Positions 1 through 11,007 of a stretch of 64,000 nt of DNA are shown in pieces. The stretch covers positions 1,152,001 to 1,216,000 of the forward strand of contig OZ244651.1 in the NCBI GenBank assembly GCA_965218695.1, written 5' to 3'. The notes below the pieces were generated by a model. It was not told where the DNA came from and ran no database searches. It was given only the letters and a program-made list of their open reading frames with translations. The translations under genes and the position numbers were made by a program. Position 1 is the first letter of the stretch. Each line of letters opens with the position of its first letter. The stretch is from Nitrosopumilus sp. GTDB taxonomy: Archaea; Thermoproteota; Nitrososphaeria; Nitrososphaerales; Nitrosopumilaceae.

Positions 1-180
1 CAGGGAACGGCCGGCCTCAAGGGAGAGCCCCACGTCGGTTCCCCTGTCGGTGTTCCTTCGGAGCCTGCCCCTTCCCATCTCGTGCCTTGAGACCATGAGG
101 CGCTCAAACCCTTCGGTATCAACTGACCTGTACGATTCGTCTTCAAGTATGTTTCCTAGTATGGATGTGACGACCTGCAC
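1..180 (-). CDS. ureE: Urease accessory protein UreE, N-terminal part (runs off window start)
   Basis: Not in the ORF track. Manual translation from GTG at 180 gives VQVVTSILGNILEDESYRSVDTEGFERLMVSRHEMGRGRLRRNTDRGTDVGLSLEAGRSL, resembling the UreE N-terminal domain. Divergent from ureABC. Confidence 0.75.
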   Translation of the reverse strand, partial: MQVVTSILGNILEDESYRSVDTEGFERLMVSRHEMGRGRLRRNTDRGTDVGLSLEAGRSL

Positions 181-297
181 CGTAACGGTATGATACCAGT
201 CCGGGTTATATTCCATTGCGGGTTGGCTGGGTGTGTCCTAGAGAGATATACTCTAGGATGACAAAAGATATGGATCGGCAGATCACGGCATCGCCTA

Positions 298-1260
298 ATG
301 ACTACAAAGAAACGCGACCAACGACAGTACGATCTGGTTCAGCAGTACATGCCGGGCCTCATGCTGAATACCGTGCTGGGGATAATCAAAGAGCTTGGGG
401 ATCCGTACGCCGTCTGGCCCGGCTTGGGCGGCATGACGGCATACCCGCCTGGCGCCATGGCAGCTGTCTGCATCATGCTTGAGGCACAGCGCACGACCTA
501 CCGCAAGATGGTCGGCATTCTCCGAAGTAACGGCGTCATGGCAGCCAGGATGGGCCTGGACAGAATTCCCTCCAAGAGCACGATAGCACGCGCCTACGGC
601 CTGATCCCGGAATGGTATCTGGCAGAGACACACCGGATTGCCATCAGGGAGGTGGGGACAGGCTCCTTGGCAGCAGACAGTACCGGGTACTCGTACCTGC
701 GGTTTGTCAGGTGGTTTAACGTCCGGACCGACAGTTTTCGTACCAGAAAGGGATGGGTCAAGCTGCACGCAATCGTGGACATACGCACCAGGGTGATAAT
801 CGACTGCATGGCAACTGACAGCGCGGTGGCAGACATAAACGGGCTGTACGCGATGCTCGGCAGGCTCGGCCTAGGCACCGGTGACTTTTGCCTGGATTCT
901 GCATACCTAGCAAGGCTCATGTGCAACATGATATCTGCGATGGGAATGGTGCCCCGCATCAAGCCAAAATCCAACACCATACGCAACGCCAGGGGAAGTC
1001 AGTCGTGGCGCGAAATGGTAAGCCTGTACATGGATGACAAGGACAGGTTTGACTCGGAATACCACCAGCGCAGCATCATCGAGGCAGTCTTTGCAGCCCT
1101 CAAGAAGATGTACGGGGACAGCACCAGGTGCCGAAAACACGAGAACCGGACAAGGGAGACTGCGATCCGTGTCATGTGCTACAACGTCGAGCTCGTGGCC
1201 AGATTCCTGGCAAAAGACGGCAGGCTCACACAGGATCAAATCGCGACACTTGCAGCGTAA
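298..1260 (+). CDS. IS5-family DDE transposase
   Basis: Motifs AADSTGY, WVKLHAIVD, LDSAY, YHQRSIIEAVFAALKK. Confidence 0.9.
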   Translation: MTTKKRDQRQYDLVQQYMPGLMLNTVLGIIKELGDPYAVWPGLGGMTAYPPGAMAAVCIMLEAQRTTYRKMVGILRSNGVMAARMGLDRIPSKSTIARAYGLIPEWYLAETHRIAIREVGTGSLAADSTGYSYLRFVRWFNVRTDSFRTRKGWVKLHAIVDIRTRVIIDCMATDSAVADINGLYAMLGRLGLGTGDFCLDSAYLARLMCNMISAMGMVPRIKPKSNTIRNARGSQSWREMVSLYMDDKDRFDSEYHQRSIIEAVFAALKKMYGDSTRCRKHENRTRETAIRVMCYNVELVARFLAKDGRLTQDQIATLAA

Positions 1261-1351
1261 CCGGTGCGTCTTGACACGCGCCTCCTAGCGGAGCCTCCGC
1301 ACAGTGTCTTGGATTTGGGGGATTTTATGGGTTGTGGAGGATTCATGATGC

Positions 1352-2783
1352 TGTATAGTCCCGAAAGTTGTTCACCCCCCACATGAGGCTCCGGCCCGGG
1401 GTGGACATGCCCAATGAAGGACATTATCCGCGGCATGGCATCGCGTGCAAGATTACTGGGAAATGCAGTCAGCCTGTCCCTTACCAGAAACGACGGTGTG
1501 TGGGTTTCCCGTCGGTGGAGACGCTCGGCCGTGTGGCGTCATATAGGAAGACGGAGAGTGCGAGTGATGAAAAAGCTTGACCAGTCCAAAGTCGAATGGA
1601 TCATACAAGAAAAGCGCAAGAATTCCCGCAACAAAGAGATTGCAGCAAGCATGGGAGTGTCGGTCCGCTGGGTCCAAAAGCTGTGGAAGAGGTACAGGGA
1701 CAAGGATCGGATCGCGTATCCTGCTCCCATGGGCAGGCCCAAAAAGTGCGCGCCCGGGAGGCGGGATCATTCGGCGGTTTTATCGGCTGCGTCCACTGCA
1801 GTCCACGGGGCAGCGTCCCTGGAGCGCATCATAAAGTCGCTTACAGGAATACATATCCCACACAACGTCCTGCACAGGATATTGAAGGATGCCGATTTTG
1901 CAGACACCCAGCCAAGGAAGAGCCAGCGCCGCAAGTGGATCCGCTACGAGCGCGAGCACTCCAACTCGATGTGGCACACAGACTACAAACAGCTTGACGA
2001 CGGCAGGTGGTTCCTGTGCTATGAAGACGACGCCTCGCGCTTCGTGACCGGATTTGGGGTATTTGAGGAGGCGACAACCGAAAACGCCCTGAAGGTGCTC
2101 GACGAGGCCATAAAAAATTACGGCAAGCCCGCATCGATCCTGACTGACCGCGGCGCCCAGTTCTATGCCACGGAATCCGAGGTCAAGAAGAAGGGAGCCT
2201 CCAGGTTCGAGCAGAGGCTAGTCGAGCTTGGAATCAGGCACATACTGGCGCGCGTGCGGCACCCCCAAACCAACGGCAAGCTGGAGCGCCTGCACGGGGA
2301 GATGCAGCGCAAGCTGCGCCGGTTCGAGGCGGCATCTTCTGCCAAGACCAGGCGCGGCGCCTCAGGGGATTCCCACGTTGGAGGGCCGTTTTGCACCGCG
2401 CCAGCAAAGGATCCCGTGGAGCGGTTCATGGAGTGGTACAACCACGACCGGCCGCACATGTCCCTTGACTGGGACAACCTCGAGACCCCGGCGCAGGCAT
2501 TCGAAAGAAAGATGCCCCCTGCAGGAGAGATGGTAGTGGACGGCCAGACCGGTGAGGAATACCGCGCAGAATAGCTGTCCGGCACGACGTCACAACCGCG
2601 CCCCATCCTGGGGGATGTTGCGCACAATTTTTTGAAAGTCGCCATGCGTGGAGTGGAAATGACAAAAATTCATGATTCCGGACGCAGGATCCAACACAAG
2701 ACAATTATGCAACAGCCGGCAACATCAAACATGGAAGTACCTCCAAGTCTTGGAGGGGGGCGAACTACTTTCGGGATCCCACA
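1352..2783 (+). mobile_element. IS481/IS1202-like element with 15-bp target duplication
   Basis: TGT...ACA ends; IRs TGTATAGTCCCGAAAGTTGTTCACCCCCC and (rc) TGTGGGATCCCGAAAGTAGTTCGCCCCCC; direct repeat GAGGATTCATGATGC at 1337-1351 and 2784-2798. Confidence 0.9.
1567..2574 (+). CDS. IS481-like transposase (HTH + rve integrase core)
   Basis: WHTDYK, LTDRGAQF, PQTNGKLERLH, WYNHDRPH motifs; ATG 1567 chosen as likely start. Confidence 0.9.
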   Translation: MKKLDQSKVEWIIQEKRKNSRNKEIAASMGVSVRWVQKLWKRYRDKDRIAYPAPMGRPKKCAPGRRDHSAVLSAASTAVHGAASLERIIKSLTGIHIPHNVLHRILKDADFADTQPRKSQRRKWIRYEREHSNSMWHTDYKQLDDGRWFLCYEDDASRFVTGFGVFEEATTENALKVLDEAIKNYGKPASILTDRGAQFYATESEVKKKGASRFEQRLVELGIRHILARVRHPQTNGKLERLHGEMQRKLRRFEAASSAKTRRGASGDSHVGGPFCTAPAKDPVERFMEWYNHDRPHMSLDWDNLETPAQAFERKMPPAGEMVVDGQTGEEYRAE

Positions 2784-2892
2784 GAGGATTCATGATGCGG
2801 CACTGTTGGTGTCGACGGGTTCTGGCACCAATCATGTCTTTGGCATCTTGGCACATGAAATGGCATTTTTTATTACTAGGACACACCCGGGT

Positions 2893-3331
2893 GTATGAGT
2901 TCACCTGCCCCTTATATCAGTCGACCAACTTCTTCGGCCACGCTCTTGCCATGTGCCCTCCACGTGAGGACGCATGTAACAAAATCTGCAAGACGCTTCA
3001 TGGACTTGGGCCCACCCTTGGTCTGCCCGCTTATCTTGCGGAACACCACCAGATAGCGCAGTGCCCTCTCGCTGGCGTTGTTTGTAGGGTCGACACCTGG
3101 ATGCTCCAGGAACGCAAACATGCGGTGCAGGTGCCTCTCAAGCTTGTCCAGCACCTTTTGCATGTCGTCATCGTTACCACCACCTGCATCGCGATACCGG
3201 TCAAGCATGTCCTGCATGGTGCGGTTCATCGCATGCCGCAGCTGCGGCGAGCGCGCCTCCTGCGCGGCCAGCAGTTTTGCCCTCTCAAACACCCACTTGT
3301 GGTCCTCGTGGAGCTGCCGCCGCCGCCGGAC
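2893..3331 (-). mobile_element. Truncated IS66-family remnant (3' end of the 17376-18920 element type)
   Basis: Begins with terminal GTATGAGTTCACC; near-identical to 18478-18920; encodes [12 protein letters not shown]-terminus only. Confidence 0.9.
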
Positions 3332-3371
3332 TGGCTTAATTATTAAATACGTTCGGTTTATAGCTGGTTCA

Positions 3372-3674
3372 ATGATGCTTACTCCACGAGAGATGGACAA
3401 GCTGCACATCTTTCTGGCCGCACAGCTTGCACAGAGGAGGAAAGACAGAGGACTCAAGCTAAACCATCCGGAGGCAGTTGCGCTAATCACCGATTATATC
3501 CTAGAGGGCGCGCGCGACGGCAGGTCGGTACCCGAGCTGATGAGCTCCGGAAGGGGCGTCCTGTCAAAAGACGACGTACTGCCCGGAGTTGCTGATCTTA
3601 TCCACTCCATACAGGTAGAGACCACATTTGAGGACGGGACGAAGCTGGTAACGGTGCACGACCCGATAGTGTGA
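3372..3674 (+). CDS. ureA: Urease gamma subunit
   Basis: [11 protein letters not shown]...[13 protein letters not shown]...[15 protein letters not shown]; true start at ATG 3372/3375. Confidence 0.97.
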   Translation: MMLTPREMDKLHIFLAAQLAQRRKDRGLKLNHPEAVALITDYILEGARDGRSVPELMSSGRGVLSKDDVLPGVADLIHSIQVETTFEDGTKLVTVHDPIV

Positions 3675-4051
3675 TGGCGTCCATGAAGCCTGGCCAATAC
3701 ATGATATCTGACGGGACCATCTGCGCAAACGACGGAAAGGCCACCGTGTCAGTCCGCGTGACCAATACCGGAGACAGGCCCGTCCAGGTGGGCTCGCATA
3801 CGCACTTTTTTGAGACCAACAAGGCGCTGTCGTTTCAGCGCAGCGCAGCCTACGGATTCCACCTCAACATTCCTGCCGGAACCTCGATAAGGTTCGAGCC
3901 CGGCGACTCACGTGACGTGGAGCTTACCGAGTATGGCGGGAACAGGATAGTCTTTGGGTTCAGCGGACTTGTCAACGGTCCTCTGGATGCCATGAGGGAC
4001 GAGGCAATGGCTAGGGCCCGCAAGAAGGGATTCAAGGGGGCAGATGCATGA
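3674..4051 (+). CDS. ureB: Urease beta subunit
   Basis: [31 protein letters not shown]. Confidence 0.97.
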   Translation: MASMKPGQYMISDGTICANDGKATVSVRVTNTGDRPVQVGSHTHFFETNKALSFQRSAAYGFHLNIPAGTSIRFEPGDSRDVELTEYGGNRIVFGFSGLVNGPLDAMRDEAMARARKKGFKGADA

Positions 4052-5760
4052 CGCTGATAATTCCAAGAAACAGGTACGCAGAGCTCTTCGGTCCGACCAC
4101 CGGAGACAGGATCCGCCTTGCAGACACCGATCTTATCATAGAGATCGAACGGGATCTTATCAGGTATGGCGATGAGACCGTCTTTGGGGGCGGAAAGAGT
4201 GCCCGGGACGGACTCGCGCAGGCAAGCGGCGTCACACGGGACAACTCCCTTGATCTTGTAATTACCAACGCGATGATTATGGATCCCATCCTGGGCATAA
4301 TCAAGGGCGACATCGGGATAAAGGACGGCGTGATTGTAGGAATAGGCAACGCCGGAAACCCCAACATAATGGATGGGGTGGACATGGTAGTATCTTCGAA
4401 TACCGAGGTTATAGCAGGGGAGCACACGATCTGCACCCCCGGCACCATAGATTCGCACATCCACTTCATCTCGCCCCAGCAGGCAATCGATGCCATATGC
4501 AACGGCACGACCACCATGATCGGCGGCGGTACGGGACCTGCAGACGGAACCAACGCCACCACGTGCACTCCGGGGGCATGGAACATTCACCGGATGATGG
4601 AGGCAGTCGAGGAGTTTCCGCTGAACTTTGGGTTCCTGTGCAAGGGCAACGACTCCCAGGAGGCTGCCCTGATCGAACAGGTCGAGGCAGGCGCGTGCGG
4701 CCTCAAGCTTCACGAGGACTGGGGAACGACTCCTGCCACGATCGATTCTGCGCTGAGGGTGGCAGACAAGACTGACACCCAGGTTGCAATTCACACCGAC
4801 ACGCTCAACGAGTGCGGCTTTGTAGATGACACCATAGAGGCAATAGCAGGCAGAACCATCCACACGTATCATACCGAGGGTGCGGGGGGAGGGCACGCGC
4901 CTGACATCATGAGGATTGCAGGCGAGGCAAACGTCCTTCCGTCGTCAACCAACCCCACAAGGCCGTTTACGGTCAACACGCTTGCAGAACACCTGGACAT
5001 GATGATGGTGTGCCACCACCTCAACTCGTCGGTTCCAGAGGACGTCTCCTTTGCAGAGTCAAGAATCCGGGGGGAGACCATTGCCGCAGAAGACATCCTG
5101 CACGACATAGGCGCCCTAAGCATGATGTCCTCTGACAGCCAGGCGATGGGGCGCGTAGGCGAGGTCACCACACGGAACTGGCAGACTGCCGACAAGATGA
5201 AGAAGATGACCGGGCGCCTTCCTGGGGAGACAGGCGACAACGACAACCTGCGCGTCAAACGGTACCTGGCCAAGATCACGATAAACCCTGCCATCACACA
5301 CGGGATATCCGGGCATGTGGGATCCCTGCAGCCTGGACGGCTGGCAGACATCGTGGTGTGGACCCCGCAGTTCTTTGGAATAAAGCCCAAGATGATAATC
5401 AAGGGCGGATTCATAGCGTACTCGCTTATGGGTGATCCAAACGCGTCCATACCCACCACGGAGCCTGTCTACTACCGGCCAATGTTTGGCGCGCTTGGCA
5501 GCGCAAAACACTCCACATCCGTGACGTTTACATCCGGTCTTGCACTTGAAAAGGGGCTTGAATCCAAGATAAACGTCAAAAAGAGACTCGTTCCGGTGCG
5601 GAACTGCCGTACCATAGGAAAGAGGGACATGGTCCACAACGACCTGACTCCGAACATTGAGATCAACCCCGAGACATACGAAGTCAAGGTGGATGGAAAG
5701 ACTGCTACAGTCAACCCGTCTGAGAAACTGTCCCTGTCCAGACTGTACATGCTCTACTGA
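4048..5760 (+). CDS. ureC: Urease alpha subunit
   Basis: [45 protein letters not shown]. Confidence 0.99.
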   Translation: MTLIIPRNRYAELFGPTTGDRIRLADTDLIIEIERDLIRYGDETVFGGGKSARDGLAQASGVTRDNSLDLVITNAMIMDPILGIIKGDIGIKDGVIVGIGNAGNPNIMDGVDMVVSSNTEVIAGEHTICTPGTIDSHIHFISPQQAIDAICNGTTTMIGGGTGPADGTNATTCTPGAWNIHRMMEAVEEFPLNFGFLCKGNDSQEAALIEQVEAGACGLKLHEDWGTTPATIDSALRVADKTDTQVAIHTDTLNECGFVDDTIEAIAGRTIHTYHTEGAGGGHAPDIMRIAGEANVLPSSTNPTRPFTVNTLAEHLDMMMVCHHLNSSVPEDVSFAESRIRGETIAAEDILHDIGALSMMSSDSQAMGRVGEVTTRNWQTADKMKKMTGRLPGETGDNDNLRVKRYLAKITINPAITHGISGHVGSLQPGRLADIVVWTPQFFGIKPKMIIKGGFIAYSLMGDPNASIPTTEPVYYRPMFGALGSAKHSTSVTFTSGLALEKGLESKINVKKRLVPVRNCRTIGKRDMVHNDLTPNIEINPETYEVKVDGKTATVNPSEKLSLSRLYMLY

Positions 5761-6020
5761 GATTGTCGTGAGCCACGTTTTCCGGAATCATGTGATCCTT
5801 CAAGCGGCCCTGGCTGGATGAAGATCCAGTCCATGCCTGTCATGGTGTTCAGAAAAGTCCGCGATGTCGCAAGGGACACCGCACCTGCAATGCATGCTTT
5901 AGCATGCCTCCCCCACACCCTAGCATGCCGCAGTCTGGAATGCCCCGCAGTATGACCCCCGAAACGGTTCCTGGAACCATCACAATCATTTTAACTTGAT
6001 GCAGCGCCTATGGGTATGAT

Positions 6021-7430
6021 ATGGTCTCTTTGACATTTTACGGCGGGGCAAACGAGATAGGAGGCAACAAGATACTTCTTGAGGACGGGGACACCCGTAT
6101 ATTTCTGGATTTTGGAAAGAGCTTCTCCTCCATGGAGAGATACTTTGGAGGATACCTTGCACCGCGCTGGTCAAACGGAATCCTGGACTTTATCACCATG
6201 GGACTGGTTCCTGACATACCTGGAATATACCGGGACGACCTGATGTTCCGGGCAGGTAGGGAGATAAAATCCCCCGAGGTTGACGCAGTACTGTTCTCGC
6301 ATGCTCACGCAGATCACATCAACTATGCGTCGTTTCTGCACCGCGACATTCCGCTGTACATGGGGGAGGTCACCAAAAACATGATCCAGGCCATACAGGA
6401 GCGCTCCCGCAATGCCATAGACGAGGAGATTCTGGAGTACCATCTGGTGGGCACACATAGAAGCAACCAAAAGATTCAGAGAACCGTCAACACGTTCCGT
6501 ACGGGGGACAGGCTTAGAATAGGCTCGCTGGAGATCGAGCCGATTCATGTGGATCATTCCGTTCCCGGCGCATACGGTTTCATCATATACACCTCGGAGG
6601 GGCCCGTCGTGTACACCGGCGATCTGAGGAGTCATGGCACAAAACCGCAGATGACTGCGGAGTTTGTTGAAAAGGCCAGGGAGGCAAGACCCGTGGCCCT
6701 CATTGCAGAGGGGACCAGGCTGGGGGAGGCATACTCAGACGAGAGTGAGCAGATCGTATATGACCGATCGAACAGCCTGGCTGCCGGTACCGACAACCTG
6801 ATCCTTGCAGACTTTAACTTCAAGGACGTGGATCGCGTCAGGACGTTTTACAATGTAGCTCGGGCAAACGGAAGAAAACTGGTAATAAAGATCAAGGATT
6901 GCTATCTTTTGAAGAATCTCTCTGCTGATCCTGTCCTGAACCTGCCTAACTGGGATGACGAGCACATAGCAGTATACAAGGGCAAGCAGGGATCCGGGAC
7001 GTACTCTGATCTGGACTATTACGGAAGTGATCGCATGTTTGCCACCTCTCCCAACGCACTGACTGCAGCCCAGATCGCCTCCCATCCTGACCGCTATCTG
7101 TGCGCAATAGGGTTCTTCAGCTTTAACGCCTTGATTGACATGAAGCCTAGCCCGGGCGTAGTTTACATCCATTCTGCAAGCGAGCCGTACACCGAGGAGC
7201 AGATCCTCAATACGCAGAGGTTGGACAACTGGATTGACAGGTTTCAGATGCGCCACCACCACATTCACTGCTCAGGACACGCCCAAGGACAGGACATGCT
7301 GAAGATGGTAGATGATATTGGTGCAGGGATGCTCTTTCCGGTCCACACCGAACATCCAGAAGAGTACCTCAAGGCTACTGACAGAATCACACTCATCAAA
7401 CCCAATGTGGCATACCCAATCCTGGGCTGA
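6021..7430 (+). CDS. Metallo-beta-lactamase/beta-CASP ribonuclease (RNase J-like)
   Basis: GGANEIGGN, SHAHADH, VDHSVPGA, YTGDLR, HCSGHA, PVHTEH. Confidence 0.85.
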   Translation: MVSLTFYGGANEIGGNKILLEDGDTRIFLDFGKSFSSMERYFGGYLAPRWSNGILDFITMGLVPDIPGIYRDDLMFRAGREIKSPEVDAVLFSHAHADHINYASFLHRDIPLYMGEVTKNMIQAIQERSRNAIDEEILEYHLVGTHRSNQKIQRTVNTFRTGDRLRIGSLEIEPIHVDHSVPGAYGFIIYTSEGPVVYTGDLRSHGTKPQMTAEFVEKAREARPVALIAEGTRLGEAYSDESEQIVYDRSNSLAAGTDNLILADFNFKDVDRVRTFYNVARANGRKLVIKIKDCYLLKNLSADPVLNLPNWDDEHIAVYKGKQGSGTYSDLDYYGSDRMFATSPNALTAAQIASHPDRYLCAIGFFSFNALIDMKPSPGVVYIHSASEPYTEEQILNTQRLDNWIDRFQMRHHHIHCSGHAQGQDMLKMVDDIGAGMLFPVHTEHPEEYLKATDRITLIKPNVAYPILG

Positions 7431-7657
7431 CCTTCTATGATTTTGCCTTCACACGGACGGCGTGCCATTGATTTTAAAGCGGGCGCATCCTTGGTTATGC
7501 TGGCTGCAATGAAGAATCAGAGTTATGTCTGAGTGATGACGAAAAGGCATTTGTCTGAGCTGCCAAACCCTCATCGGGCTGCAACGTTCCGCTGGGGTGG
7601 AAAAAGTACAACTTTCAAAAGCAGTGGCGCATCCACGGGTACTTTTGCAGGGAGTGC

Positions 7658-8080
7658 ATGAAGAGGATAGGCCAGGACTTTGACGACCATGGAAGGATAA
7701 CCATACCAAAAACCGCATGCAGCTCATGTCATCAAGAATTTTATTTCCTAGAGTCCGTATGGCATGAAAAAAAGCAGAGACGCTGCTGCAATGTCTGCAA
7801 GGACGCGCGATACATCGATCGTCCATCAGACGGACTGCCTCCCATCCCCCCTAGAATTCCCATGATGATGGCAATCTTTGCGGCATTTGGGGTCTTGCTG
7901 ATGATCGCCGGTTTTGTCTATGTCCTGCTGGTTGCCCCTCAGCAAGGCTCCAGCCTGCTGCACGTGATAATAGGAAGCTGCATGTCAGGCGGGGGATTCA
8001 TGCTGGCACGCAAGATGGTAAAGGTGCGCAACCTGATACTGGGCAAGTCGGGGCAGATCCCCAACCAATCCCTTAGATAG
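7658..8080 (+). CDS. Hypothetical membrane protein with CxxC...CxxC Zn-ribbon-like N-terminus
   Basis: CSSC and CNVC pairs followed by two hydrophobic helices. Confidence 0.6.
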   Translation: MKRIGQDFDDHGRITIPKTACSSCHQEFYFLESVWHEKKQRRCCNVCKDARYIDRPSDGLPPIPPRIPMMMAIFAAFGVLLMIAGFVYVLLVAPQQGSSLLHVIIGSCMSGGGFMLARKMVKVRNLILGKSGQIPNQSLR

Positions 8081-8217
8081 GCCATGCATCCGGCGGGTCT
8101 ACGGTTGCTGTCATTCCTGTGCTGTGCAGGCGCGGCCCGGCCCGGGCATGATGATCGCCTGGCAGAATACTGCACGGCCGCACTGGATTTATTTTAGCTC
8201 GTACCACATACCAGTGT

Positions 8218-9291
8218 ATGCCTGAGATCTGGCTGAACTACGGCATGGGCGATGTCGTACTGGACATACGTGCCGAGAACCTGGACAGGACGCTTGACTC
8301 TGCAGGCGGACTCGAGGATCCTGTGATCCATGGGATGCTGGAGACCATTGACCTTTCACGCCCCATGGATCTTGTGGTCCTGCACAACTCCGGGTCCGTA
8401 CGGAAGGTCATCACATCCCTCCTCATGCTGTGCGAGAAGAAGTCAAAGCCGTTCCCCAACATCCTGGCAGACAGGGAGATACTAGATGCAGTCAGGGCGG
8501 GCCTGCCCGAGGGAAGCACGGTAGGCGAGTTTGGGCATGAAGGAATCAACCCGGATCTTGTATTTGTAGGCGAAGTCGAGTTTGACGGGCTGTTCGGGTA
8601 CGAGACCATCGCGACACGTCTGCTCAGAAGATTCGGCGAAGAGTCCATGCTTGCTGCGTACTCCAAGAGGGGCAGTGACCTGCCCTCCCCCGGGGAGAAG
8701 ACTGCATGCATGGCAGAGGCCAAAAAGTTCGCCGACGGCTTTGAGATTCAGGGAATTGAGATAGCTGCAAGCTCCGAGGGGATAGTTGACATCTCCATAG
8801 GACACCCGTCCAAGTCGGCTGCCGTGACCGAGTCCCTCAAGCCGGGCATCCGGGAAGCAGGCAAGCACCGCTCCATGATAGTCAGCACCGGCAGGAACGC
8901 CGGAAGGTACACCCTTGGCCAGTCACTCTCTCCGCTATGGAACTGCATGCAGGCAGTAAAGTCAGGCGGCCTTGCAGTGCTGGTAGCAGAGTGCAGCGCG
9001 GGACTGGGCTCTGATGCGTTTGGGCAGTACGTCGAGGGCAGGCTGGACGAGAAGCAGATACGCAATCCCAGAAAGTATCTGGACAGAATGGAGAACCTGC
9101 TGTTTCTGCTCAAGACCCGGGAAAAGTTCCAGACTGCGCTGGTATCGGTGCTGCCCGAGTTTTACACCAAAAAGCTTGGCATGATCCCTCTCCCGGGGAT
9201 AAAGCACTCCCTTGACTACCTCCTGCAGACGCACGGCGCGCGGCAGAAGATACCTGTGGTTAAGGACGGTGCCAGGCTGCTGCTAAAGTAG
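8218..9291 (+). CDS. LarA/DUF2088-like protein (lactate racemase-fold homolog)
   Basis: N-terminal IWLNYG and C-terminal VKSGGLAVLVAECSAGLGS motifs resemble the LarA family; catalytic function not established. Confidence 0.6.
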   Translation: MPEIWLNYGMGDVVLDIRAENLDRTLDSAGGLEDPVIHGMLETIDLSRPMDLVVLHNSGSVRKVITSLLMLCEKKSKPFPNILADREILDAVRAGLPEGSTVGEFGHEGINPDLVFVGEVEFDGLFGYETIATRLLRRFGEESMLAAYSKRGSDLPSPGEKTACMAEAKKFADGFEIQGIEIAASSEGIVDISIGHPSKSAAVTESLKPGIREAGKHRSMIVSTGRNAGRYTLGQSLSPLWNCMQAVKSGGLAVLVAECSAGLGSDAFGQYVEGRLDEKQIRNPRKYLDRMENLLFLLKTREKFQTALVSVLPEFYTKKLGMIPLPGIKHSLDYLLQTHGARQKIPVVKDGARLLLK

Positions 9292-10380
9292 CAGGCCAAC
9301 CTCTGCCGGCAACGGGGCGCACAGGGCCGCAAGAACTATGATTCCAACATATGCCATCTTTCTGTTCTTTGGGAGCGGCGTGACGTTGTCCAGCGGGGTG
9401 GCACTCGGCGCCCTCATGCTCATAAACAGGATAAGCAGCGCCATCACCCAGTATCCCAAAAGGGCCAGCACGGCAATGCTTCCGTATGTGGCATACCTGT
9501 GCAGGTTGGGGGTGAGCAGCGTCCTTGCCATGTGGCCGCCGTCAAGCTGCCATGCAGGAAGCAGGTTTAGAAACGTGATTAACAGCCCTATCCATGCTGC
9601 AAACAGTACCGGCGTCATTATGATCTCGTTTCCAATCCCCTTGCCAAACAGTGCCAGGCTGGCAGTCATCAGGAGCGGCTCCCCCAGGCTCCACTCAGTC
9701 AGCCTATTGTCTGCAAAGAGCATCGCTGTTGTTGCCTGGTCCAGTACCGGCGCAGTATACGCGCCATACATGGAGACGATCACTGCAATGACTAGGCCTG
9801 CAACAGGGCCTGCAATGGCCACGTCAAAGAGGATCTCCCTGTTGATGGTAAGTCCCCTTGACTTGATGAACGCCCCGAACGTGGGAATTCCCACCACCGG
9901 GAGTCCCGGGATAAAGTAGGGCCAGGTGGTACCAAGCTTGTGCATTCTTGCAGCCACGATGTGGCCCATCTCGTGAACCCCCAGGATGCCAAGGAGCGAC
10001 AGGGTGTACACCACTGCCATCTCGAGCGGATCCCCGATGTTTATTATGGAGTTTGCCTGGGCCGTCCTAAAGTACCCGTCCACCATCACAAACGTAACCA
10101 CCACCGCAAACAGAATCCTGGGAATCCACGACGACCTGAACAGCCATCCCTGCTTTCTGGGAGGGAACTTTTGGACTATGACGTAGATGCCCCCGCCCAC
10201 CCTCTCAAGCCTGCACACGTAACTCATGCCCTCCAGCCTTCTTGCCAGATCCTCAAACTTTGACTTGAAATCCCAGTCTGCTATCCTAAACTCCAGCGCA
10301 AACTCCGTCTTTGTAAACTCGCTGACATCAAACACGCGGCGGACTACCGATATGATCTCCTCCTGCGACGGATCCTCCAT
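9283..10380 (-). CDS. Site-2 protease (peptidase M50)
   Basis: HEMGH, IAGPVAG, NLLPAWQLDGGH, multiple TM segments. Confidence 0.95.
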   Translation of the reverse strand: MEDPSQEEIISVVRRVFDVSEFTKTEFALEFRIADWDFKSKFEDLARRLEGMSYVCRLERVGGGIYVIVQKFPPRKQGWLFRSSWIPRILFAVVVTFVMVDGYFRTAQANSIINIGDPLEMAVVYTLSLLGILGVHEMGHIVAARMHKLGTTWPYFIPGLPVVGIPTFGAFIKSRGLTINREILFDVAIAGPVAGLVIAVIVSMYGAYTAPVLDQATTAMLFADNRLTEWSLGEPLLMTASLALFGKGIGNEIIMTPVLFAAWIGLLITFLNLLPAWQLDGGHMARTLLTPNLHRYATYGSIAVLALLGYWVMALLILFMSMRAPSATPLDNVTPLPKNRKMAYVGIIVLAALCAPLPAEVGLLL

Positions 10381-10454
10381 ACCCTGACTACCAGCCTTCC
10401 ATTAAATGGTCTTTTGGTTTAAAATTAAATACCTATTCTGCGCCATCTAACACC

Positions 10455-10952
10455 ATGCAGATGATTCTCAGGCAGGTTGGCAAGTACAGCATCAGGCGGG
10501 CAGAGGCAAGTGATCTCATCTCAGTAATGGAGATCAACCTCAAGACACTCCCAGAGCACTACTCTGACTACTTTTACGAGAGCATTCTTGCAGAGATTCC
10601 CGAGGCGTTCATAGTGGCCGAGACTGCAGGCAAGAGGGTGGGATACATCATGTGCAAGGTGGAGCACGGGTTTTCAAACTTTAAGAAGCTGGGCTTTGTC
10701 AAAAAGGGACACATGGTATCTGTTGCCGTGGAGGACAAGTACAGGAGACAGGGAATAGGAAAGATCCTGGTGGAGGAGTCAATTAACGGGGTAAGGACCA
10801 AGGGGTGCGACGAATTCTATCTGGAGGTTCGGTGCAGCAACACTGATGCCATCAGGCTCTATGAGGAACTGGGTTTTATAATACGACAGCGCCTGAACGC
10901 ATACTATCGGGACGGCGAGGACGGATACCTCATGTCAATCGAGCTCCGCTAG
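10455..10952 (+). CDS. rimI: N-terminal acetyltransferase (RimI/Ard1 family)
   Basis: LPEHY, YRRQGIG, LEVRCSN, YYRDGEDGY. Confidence 0.9.
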   Translation: MQMILRQVGKYSIRRAEASDLISVMEINLKTLPEHYSDYFYESILAEIPEAFIVAETAGKRVGYIMCKVEHGFSNFKKLGFVKKGHMVSVAVEDKYRRQGIGKILVEESINGVRTKGCDEFYLEVRCSNTDAIRLYEELGFIIRQRLNAYYRDGEDGYLMSIELR

Positions 10953-11007
10953 TATACGTGAGATGTCGTCCTCAAACCAATAAATAACTAGGTTGAAGAT
11001 CTTTTCC

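Larger units (their letters stand above)
229..2888 (+). mobile_element. IS5-family element, copy 1 (carries a nested IS481-like element)
   Basis: Terminal IRs GGGTGTGTCCTAG (229) and CTAGGACACACCC (ends 2888); homologous to copy 2 at 29044-30256. Left target GGGTTGGCT (220-228); the right copy appears split as GGGT/TGGCT by an IS66 remnant. Confidence 0.9.

Noticed and set aside
3078-3674. 198-aa ORF suggesting an N-terminally extended UreA
   Set aside because: The extension is antisense IS66 remnant; a TATA box and ATG at 3372 define the normal ~100-aa protein.
8218-9291. LarA-like gene near nickel-dependent urease as a nickel cluster
   Set aside because: No larB/C/E in the window, unrelated genes intervene, and cofactor-binding residues are not recognisable.
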